Source: an uncultured Bacteroidales bacterium
Lineage (GTDB): Bacteria > Bacteroidota > Bacteroidia > Bacteroidales > CAYTAU01
Direction: 5' to 3'
Assembly (NCBI GenBank): GCA_964435855.1
Contig: CAYTAU010000008.1
Coordinates: forward strand, 2,096 to 66,095
DNA: 64,000 bases
The position numbers and the translations under genes were made by a program. The notes below the pieces were generated by a model that was given only the letters and a program-made list of their open reading frames with translations, had not been told where the DNA came from and ran no database searches. This document shows, one piece after another, positions 28,090 to 34,981 of the stretch. The first letter of the stretch is position 1, and every line of letters begins with the position of its first letter.

Positions 28090-29685
28090 ATGAATAAACA
28101 TATAAAAAAAGTAATACTCCTGTTTTTTATTATTATTCTTATGGTCCCGGCAATTGAAAGACACCTGAGTTTTTTTAACTTCACACAACTTAATGGTGCA
28201 TACACAAATACATCCAGAATTGACCTAAATGTTACAAACTTTCTTGATGATTCCTATCAAATTGCTTTAGAGAAAAATTTGACTGATAGTATAGGATTTA
28301 AAAGTATTCTTGTTCGCGTATATAATCAAATAGCTTATTCATTATTTAATATTTCACATGCAAATAAAGTTGTTGTTGGAACTGATGATGTTTTATATGA
28401 AGACTACTACATTAACTCATATTATGGCAAAGATTATATTGGTCATGATAAAATTAATGAAAAAGTAGAAAAGTTTTCAAAACTTCAACAATTATTATAT
28501 TCTAAAGGAATTCATTTGCTTTTAGCCATAACACCAAGTAAAGCATCCATATATCCAAATAATTTTCCTAAGCATTTGAAGTCTGAAAAAGGTACAACAA
28601 ATTATGAAAAAACAATTGAACTCCTTAACAAATATGATTGCAAATATATAGACTTAAAAAATATATTTTTAGAATTAGATAAAACAACTGAATATACTCT
28701 ATTTCCGAAGCAGGGAATTCACTGGAGTGGCTATGGAATTACAAAAGCTGCAGATACACTATTTAAGTATTTATCAAATAAAACTGGCATCATTTTTAAC
28801 AATATAATTATAAAAGAAGGAGAATTAACAAATATATATCAAGGTTCAGATAATGACATTGGCGATGCATTAAATCTATTATTTAAACCTGTAATTGATA
28901 AATTATATTATCCTGAAATTATTTTTTATAATGATAAAAATAATACTAAACCGGGTGTGCTAATTATTGGAGATAGCTTCTCTAATGGATTTTGGAAATT
29001 TTATCCATACTTTCAAAATTTATTTAATGAAGAAAGTCAGTTTTGGTATTATAATCAGGAAATTATTTGGCCACAAAATAATTTAAATACAAAAGTCGAG
29101 TCATTAGATCTGTATGAAGAGATACTTAAAAGAAAAATTATTTTAGTTATTAGTTCAGAACAAAATCTCGATAATTTGGGCTACTTCTTTTTTGATAAAA
29201 CATTAGAAATATTTAATAATAAAAATAAGTTTATTAAAAATAAAATAAATCACTATACTTCAAAAATTAAAACAGATAAAAATTGGCTAAACAGTATTAA
29301 GGAAAAAGCTAAAATGAACAATATTTCAGAAGATGAAATGATTAATATTGATGTAAAATGGCTTTGCGAACAAGATATTATTAGATACTATACAGATTCT
29401 ATTAATAATGATTCTGTGTGGAAATCTAATATAATTAGAAAATCTGTTGAAAAGCAAATGTCTTTAGATTCTATAATCTTTTTGGATGCTAAATATTTAT
29501 TTAAAATAAATTATGAAGATCTTTTAAATAATAGTAATACAGATAAATTAGTATTAAAAACAATTGAAAAAATAAAGGCAGATATAGATTGGTATAATGA
29601 TATTAAACAAAAAGCAAAGAAAAACAATATTACTGTTGAGGAACAGCTTCGCATTGATGCTGAATGGGTTGTTGAGAATATGTAG
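28090..29685 (+). CDS. AlgJ/AlgX/DltD-like SGNH-type partner of the MBOAT, with three C-terminal W/KAK repeats
   Basis: N-terminal anchor helix. KQGIHWSGYG (DxHW-like) and LIIGDSFSNGF. Position directly after the MBOAT. Repeats lie at 29242-29682. Confidence 0.55.
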   Translation: MNKHIKKVILLFFIIILMVPAIERHLSFFNFTQLNGAYTNTSRIDLNVTNFLDDSYQIALEKNLTDSIGFKSILVRVYNQIAYSLFNISHANKVVVGTDDVLYEDYYINSYYGKDYIGHDKINEKVEKFSKLQQLLYSKGIHLLLAITPSKASIYPNNFPKHLKSEKGTTNYEKTIELLNKYDCKYIDLKNIFLELDKTTEYTLFPKQGIHWSGYGITKAADTLFKYLSNKTGIIFNNIIIKEGELTNIYQGSDNDIGDALNLLFKPVIDKLYYPEIIFYNDKNNTKPGVLIIGDSFSNGFWKFYPYFQNLFNEESQFWYYNQEIIWPQNNLNTKVESLDLYEEILKRKIILVISSEQNLDNLGYFFFDKTLEIFNNKNKFIKNKINHYTSKIKTDKNWLNSIKEKAKMNNISEDEMINIDVKWLCEQDIIRYYTDSINNDSVWKSNIIRKSVEKQMSLDSIIFLDAKYLFKINYEDLLNNSNTDKLVLKTIEKIKADIDWYNDIKQKAKKNNITVEEQLRIDAEWVVENM

Positions 29686-29707
29686 GGACTTTTACTTCCC
29701 CATTTTT

Positions 29708-31180
29708 TCAATTTTTAATAAACTTAAAGTTTTTATCATTAATTTTAATGATATAAATGCCATTACTTAGATTCGAAATATCTATTGTGTGGAAAAATAA
29801 ATTTTGAATGTTTTCGAAATTTTGTTCAATAACTGTCTGCCCAAATGCATTATAGATTTCAATGCTCAATGTATTAAATCCTATATTGCTATTTTCAATA
29901 TCAATATTAAGGTAATTTTGAGCAGGATTTGGATAAACATTAATTCCATAATACTTATTAATATCGTTAATATTACTTATCAAATACGTAATACTGGTTG
30001 TATCAATAAATAGTGAAATATCTGAAAAAATAGGATTTATGCTATCTATTGATATTGTTGGTGGAAAAGTTTCAAATCCTGCTTTTTCGGCAAATATTGT
30101 ATATGTACCGTATTCTATGTTATCGAACTCATAATAACCTGTATTATCCGGCAAAGTAAATTTTATAGGTAAATTATTTTGGTCCAATAAAATAATTGGA
30201 ATATTTTTAGCTGCATTTTCTTGAATATTATTGTTTCCTCCAAACCAATTTTCTCCATAAACATCAATTTCATAAGAAGATGAATCTGTGTAAGTAATAT
30301 TTCCACTTATTTTACCTACTCCCCAGTTAATAGTATCACTATAGCATAGATTAATTTCTATAGTATCAACATCATAAACATTTGCATTTTCCCAGTTTAA
30401 GGAATCGCTGTAATATGTTGGAAAATAAATTGGTGTATACGGAACTCCCAAATTAAAATAAGGTATAGCATATACATAATAATAACCGGGATTATAGCGA
30501 GTAACAGAGAAACTGCCACTATCAATATAAGAATAATTAACAGCACTTATTATGCTGTCAACATTAAACCAGTAAATAATAGCAATACCTTCGGGTAATA
30601 AATTGCCTCCCGCATAAACAGTACCATGTACTGCAGGCGGTTCTGTTAATTGTACTCCATAAGACTCGCAACATCCAATACCATCACAAACAGTAACTGT
30701 GTATGTTCCTGCTGATAAATTTTCAATAGAAGCTGTTGTATCAGCAGTGTTTCCGGTATTCCACGTATATGTATATGGAGGAACTCCATAACTTACATTA
30801 AGGTCAATAAATCCATCATTACCACCATTATTTGTAATATTGCCATAACTTGCTTGTATATCAAGATCGCAAAAACTTACAGTAATATCTGTGCAAATTG
30901 TACTGCTACAACCTAAATATGTTTCAATTGTATGACAAACTGTATATGTTCCGGGAATTAAATATGTATGAATTGGATATATATCATTACTTACTGGAGA
31001 ACCATCACCAAAATCCCAGTAGTATGTACTCACAGTATCACCTACAAGTTCTAAATATGAAAGAGGATAAAATCCTGCGTTGCTAGCATTTAAGTAATAG
31101 CCAAAATTTGCATAGCAATTCTGTGATTTTAATAAGAAGGGAGTAATTATAAATAATATAACAATTAATAGTTTTTTCAC
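29708..31180 (-). CDS. T9SS-secreted protein with PKD domain, SprB-like repeat and C-terminal sorting domain
   Basis: YWDFGDGSPVSNDIYPIHTYLIPGTYTV (PKD), NGGNDGFIDLNVSYGVPPYTYTWN (SprB-like), VYPNPAQNYLNIDIE...NGIYIIKINDKNFKFIKN (CTD). Confidence 0.8.
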   Translation of the reverse strand: MKKLLIVILFIITPFLLKSQNCYANFGYYLNASNAGFYPLSYLELVGDTVSTYYWDFGDGSPVSNDIYPIHTYLIPGTYTVCHTIETYLGCSSTICTDITVSFCDLDIQASYGNITNNGGNDGFIDLNVSYGVPPYTYTWNTGNTADTTASIENLSAGTYTVTVCDGIGCCESYGVQLTEPPAVHGTVYAGGNLLPEGIAIIYWFNVDSIISAVNYSYIDSGSFSVTRYNPGYYYVYAIPYFNLGVPYTPIYFPTYYSDSLNWENANVYDVDTIEINLCYSDTINWGVGKISGNITYTDSSSYEIDVYGENWFGGNNNIQENAAKNIPIILLDQNNLPIKFTLPDNTGYYEFDNIEYGTYTIFAEKAGFETFPPTISIDSINPIFSDISLFIDTTSITYLISNINDINKYYGINVYPNPAQNYLNIDIENSNIGFNTLSIEIYNAFGQTVIEQNFENIQNLFFHTIDISNLSNGIYIIKINDKNFKFIKN

Positions 31181-31189
31181 CTCAATGTT

Positions 31190-32944
31190 TTAAAAATTAT
31201 ATCTTATACCGAGCTTTAATCCGTAGGCATTAAATTTATGAGAAATTGGCTGTGATTTTATGAATATTGAATTTATTGATTTTCTATAATACGGATTAGC
31301 TACAAAACTGAAAAAGTCATTAATTTTATATTCAAACCCAATAGCAGCGATCATAGAAAAGCTTGGTATAATATATGTTTGTTTTTCATTATTTATATCT
31401 TCAATGTTATAACTACTGTTTAAAGATTTTCCTGAAGAATTGATATATAAACCTGTTATTAAACCAAATTTTGGAGAAACTGTAAATTTATTTTGTTTAA
31501 ACTGATAACCAATACTTAATGGTATTTCAATGTATGAATATGTATTTTTAACTTTAATATTTTGATCAGTCATTGATGAATCATAGTCTGTAACTAAAAC
31601 CTCATAAGGAACTTTTACTGTATTTGAAATAGTATATGGAATATAGCTTGTATCACCTGAATCAAGATATTCATCTAAGTCAAAAACAAATATTGTATCA
31701 TATTGTTGTTCATATTGATATTCGGTTTCGTAATAAGATGTTGTATCAATAAGTAAAACTTCCTGATCATAATTAAATTGTTCGTTAAATTTCTTATAAT
31801 AAATACCGCTTTGTACAATAAAATTTTTATATGAATAATTAATATTTATACCAAATGAGTTTGATAACATTGGACTTAATGCATTATTATATGTTTCTTC
31901 ATAATTATTGTTCTCCGCAGATGTTGTTCTAATAATGCTTGAAGTAAAAGCAGGATCCAATAAAACATCTAATGACCAATTTGTAGTTTCTGTAATAATA
32001 GGATCTCCAAATGCGTCTGTCCCTAATGTATCCTTATATTCAAAATCACTAAATGCTATTAATGAATCTGTATTTAATGTAATAGGTCCTTTATGTATTA
32101 AATTTATTATTTCATGTCCAATTGTTTTATATTCTGCATTATATGATACAGAATTTACTTCCTCAACAACTGCATTTATTTCCTTTGCAATGTTTTCTTT
32201 GTTATTAATGACGTCAGCAACAAGATCAGCAGGAGTAAGGTTAATATTTTCAATTACATCATTTTTCTCAACAACTGTATTTATTTCTTTTGCAATGTTT
32301 TCTTCGTTGTTAATATCGTCAGCAACATTATCAACAGGATTAAGATCAATATTTTCAATTATATCATTTTCCTCAACGTCTGCATTTATTTCTGTTGCTA
32401 TGTTTTCGTTGTTGTTAATATCGTTAGCAACATAATTAACCTGAGTAAGATTAATATTTTCAATTATATCATTTTCCTCAATATCTGTATTTACTTCTGT
32501 TACTGTTTTATTGAAAATTTGTGAATTGTTATTGTTATCAGATTTATTTTCATCATTAGTATTTAAAAATGTTTCAACAGGCTTAATATCATAATTACTT
32601 ACATCTTGATTATTAGTTACCAAAGCATTTTGATTATAGCCTATGTTTTCTGAAATTACTGAGTATGTTCCGATGAATAATAATGCCAGTATTGATACTA
32701 AATAATAAAAATTAAATGTTGAAAAATTAAATCTAAAGAAATTAACATAAAATAGTTTTCTTTGAATATTGCTCCATATTCTAGCACTTGGTTTAACTAA
32801 ATATCCATTAAATTTATCATAGAAATAACTTTCTGAACGTAACTGGTTTTCAATATTATTCCAGGTTTGTTCTGATGGTTTTACTTTTGCTTTTTCAAAA
32901 GAATCTTTAAATAAATCTTCAATATTGTTGTAATTCTCACTCAT
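31190..32944 (-). CDS. anti-sigma-like membrane protein with acidic 35-aa repeats and C-terminal beta-barrel-like domain
   Basis: Starts 7 nt after the sigma gene ends. N-terminus has two W-containing helices (EQTWNNIENQL, ARIWSNIQRKL) and one TM (YLVSILALLFIGTYSVI). C-terminus has alternating aromatic strands ending LGIRYNF. Confidence 0.5.
   Translation of the reverse strand: MSENYNNIEDLFKDSFEKAKVKPSEQTWNNIENQLRSESYFYDKFNGYLVKPSARIWSNIQRKLFYVNFFRFNFSTFNFYYLVSILALLFIGTYSVISENIGYNQNALVTNNQDVSNYDIKPVETFLNTNDENKSDNNNNSQIFNKTVTEVNTDIEENDIIENINLTQVNYVANDINNNENIATEINADVEENDIIENIDLNPVDNVADDINNEENIAKEINTVVEKNDVIENINLTPADLVADVINNKENIAKEINAVVEEVNSVSYNAEYKTIGHEIINLIHKGPITLNTDSLIAFSDFEYKDTLGTDAFGDPIITETTNWSLDVLLDPAFTSSIIRTTSAENNNYEETYNNALSPMLSNSFGININYSYKNFIVQSGIYYKKFNEQFNYDQEVLLIDTTSYYETEYQYEQQYDTIFVFDLDEYLDSGDTSYIPYTISNTVKVPYEVLVTDYDSSMTDQNIKVKNTYSYIEIPLSIGYQFKQNKFTVSPKFGLITGLYINSSGKSLNSSYNIEDINNEKQTYIIPSFSMIAAIGFEYKINDFFSFVANPYYRKSINSIFIKSQPISHKFNAYGLKLGIRYNF
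32157..32503. repeat. 105-bp in-frame tandem repeat, ~3.3 copies (acidic EINxxVEENDIIENIxLxPVDxVADDINNxENIAK)
   Basis: Directly visible in both DNA and protein. It also creates the spurious antisense ORF 31908..32435. Confidence 0.85.
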
Positions 32945-32950
32945 TTTAAT

Positions 32951-33496
32951 TTATGCAATTGTTCTTTCTACACTTAAGTTTATTAAATTTTTACGTATTA
33001 TTTTTTTTGCTCTCGAATATTGCGACTTTGAAGTAGCAACATCAATATTCAACATTTTTGCAATTTCCTTATGTTTATACCCTTCAATGGCAAACATATT
33101 AAAAATTATCCTATATCCACTTGACAACTCTCTAATTACCTTCAACAATTCATCTTTTGTAAATTCTCCATAAGAGACGGTATAACTATTAATATCTGAA
33201 ACATTATCAAGATCGTCCTGATAATAATGTTTTAGGTTTTTTCTATAATTAGAAATTGCGGTATTAATAATTATTTTTCTCATCCAACCTTCAAAAGAAC
33301 CTGTACCCTGATATTGTTTAATTTTTAAAAATATTTTTAAAAAACCTTCCTGCATAATATCCTCTGCTTCAGGTCTGCTTAATGCATAACGCATGCAAAT
33401 ACCTAGCATAATAGGCGCAAAACGATTATAAAGCATTTTTTGTGCTTTCTTATCGTTTTTTTTACAAGCCCTTATAATTTGTTCTTCAGAAAACAT
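32951..33496 (-). CDS. ECF-type RNA polymerase sigma-70 family factor
   Basis: 181 aa. Region 2 (EDIMQEGFLKIF, FEGWMRKIIINTAI) and region 4 (YRIIFNMFAIEGYKHKEIAKMLNIDVATSKSQYSRAKKIIR). Confidence 0.9.
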   Translation of the reverse strand: MFSEEQIIRACKKNDKKAQKMLYNRFAPIMLGICMRYALSRPEAEDIMQEGFLKIFLKIKQYQGTGSFEGWMRKIIINTAISNYRKNLKHYYQDDLDNVSDINSYTVSYGEFTKDELLKVIRELSSGYRIIFNMFAIEGYKHKEIAKMLNIDVATSKSQYSRAKKIIRKNLINLSVERTIA

Positions 33497-33508
33497 TGCA
33501 GATATTAT

Positions 33509-33537
33509 TAAGACACATGAATAGTTAAAAAGGTTGC
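33509..33537 (-). promoter_or_regulatory. ECF-type promoter candidate directly upstream of the ECF sigma gene (GCAACC-N17-GTCTTA)
   Basis: Minus strand reads GCAACC tttttaactattcatgt GTCTTA, 12 nt before the ATG at 33496. Autoregulation is typical of ECF sigmas. Confidence 0.5.
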
Positions 33538-33946
33538 ATGAAAAAACAAATTTTTATTTCGTTTAATCATTGTATGAATTATTATTATTTCAAATTTCAG
33601 GATGTTTTGCCCTTATTTTATTAATTATCCTCTTTTTATTATTGCCAAACTGTTAACATAGTTTGTTGTGCAATGAATAAAGATTGTCAAATATACCTGT
33701 TTTTATTCAATTTACCTATTTTTTTTGTGAATTATTTGGGTTAAAAATTAAAAATAAATAAATAAAACATACCTTAATTGGCGAATTAGACAATATTATT
33801 TCCAGTATTCAGGATGATGTAATTATCTACTATTCCGAATCAGAAAATTTGATTTATGTTGCAATAGAGCATAAGAATTAGGTAAACGTTCGTTCTAATC
33901 CGATGGCCCTAGTATTGAAACGGAACGACAAACGACAAACAGTATT

Positions 33947-34684
33947 TTATATCGTAAATTTCCAAGCACAATAATATTCATCAGGGTGTTTATCGGGAGG
34001 ACAACTTAAACATTCTGTTTTTATTCTTTTATCAATAGCTTCGACAAATGTCTTATATTCTACCATTCCACCTGATTTACATGGATAATCTTCAAGCCCT
34101 TTTCTTTTACGTGCAGATTGAACCCGGCAATCGTTCATCAGGAAAACAAAACTGTTGTTTGTTTCTTCAATAATTGATTGTTTATTAACAGTTGCATAAA
34201 GCCTGAAGTTTAATGCTTTTTTTAAACCATCAAGTCCCGGATTTTCAGGTAATTCAAGCAAGCGTTTTATAGACCATGCTTCAAGAGGGGAGAAGTGTCC
34301 CCAGCAAGTGTCGTTGCAGCGTTTGGCATCGAACATTCCGTGTTCAAATTCTACTGCCTGAAACCAAACACCATCGTTTGCCAGCCAGTTTACTGCAACA
34401 GCTTCTTTAAGTTCGTTTATTTTTTCATCAGGTAGGTTGAGCAAAGGTTCGGGAATATCTTCTTTCATCTCAAATCCTAATACTTTTGATATTCTTTTCA
34501 TTTGTATTGCATAGCTTTTTTCGTAAGCTTTTGTTAATGTTTCAAAAGCTTTTTCTTTGCCCATTTGGTGTTGTACTTCAGCAAACCACATTGCATGGTG
34601 CATCATAGTTCTATGCCAGAAATCTATAATTAATCTTATGTTTTCAGCTTTGCTAAGTTTATTTTGCGAATTTTTATCTTTCAT
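33947..34684 (-). CDS. hypothetical Cys-rich cytosolic protein
   Basis: 245 aa with no signal peptide. C-terminal cysteines: CRVQSARKRKGLEDYPCK...CLSCPPDKHPDEYYC. Family not confidently recognised. Confidence 0.6.
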   Translation of the reverse strand: MKDKNSQNKLSKAENIRLIIDFWHRTMMHHAMWFAEVQHQMGKEKAFETLTKAYEKSYAIQMKRISKVLGFEMKEDIPEPLLNLPDEKINELKEAVAVNWLANDGVWFQAVEFEHGMFDAKRCNDTCWGHFSPLEAWSIKRLLELPENPGLDGLKKALNFRLYATVNKQSIIEETNNSFVFLMNDCRVQSARKRKGLEDYPCKSGGMVEYKTFVEAIDKRIKTECLSCPPDKHPDEYYCAWKFTI

Positions 34685-34935
34685 TAGTTTGTTTTTTTAG
34701 CCGCGAATCATGCCTCAGGCAGACACGGTACGCCAATGTTTTTTTCCCATATTACTTGTTGTTTTTTAATTCTGACCTGATAGCTCATAATTACAATATG
34801 TAATAATGAATGTAAAATGTTGAATTCAGAATGTAGAACTCATTCATTATTCTAAATTCATCATAGAATATTCTATAAATTTGTTTAATAGCCCTTAACT
34901 AAATGACATTAAAATTGGGTTGGGGTAATGTTTTA

Positions 34936-34975
34936 CCTCTAGTCCCTTCCGCCTATGGCGGAGAGGTTCGGAGGG
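34936..34975 (+). repeat. GC-rich hairpin repeat (REP-like), copy 2
   Basis: cctctagtcccttccgcc-tat-ggcggagagg ttcggaggg + T9. Closely resembles 63914-63950. Confidence 0.7.
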
Positions 34976-34981
34976 TTTTTT

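Noticed and set aside
10532-29685. Glycopolymer/phosphonate cluster as a mobile genomic island
   Set aside because: There is no integrase, transposase, flanking tRNA or direct repeats. By eye, composition matches the surrounding chromosome.
31908-32435. 175-aa plus-strand ORF
   Set aside because: It is an antisense reading of the 105-bp acidic repeats inside the anti-sigma-like gene, and its Ser/Phe-rich repeat is an artefact.
34936-34981. GC hairpin + T9 as the ppdK terminator
   Set aside because: The T-run follows the hairpin on the plus strand, whereas ppdK and the next gene are on the minus strand. The element belongs to a repeat family with fixed plus orientation.
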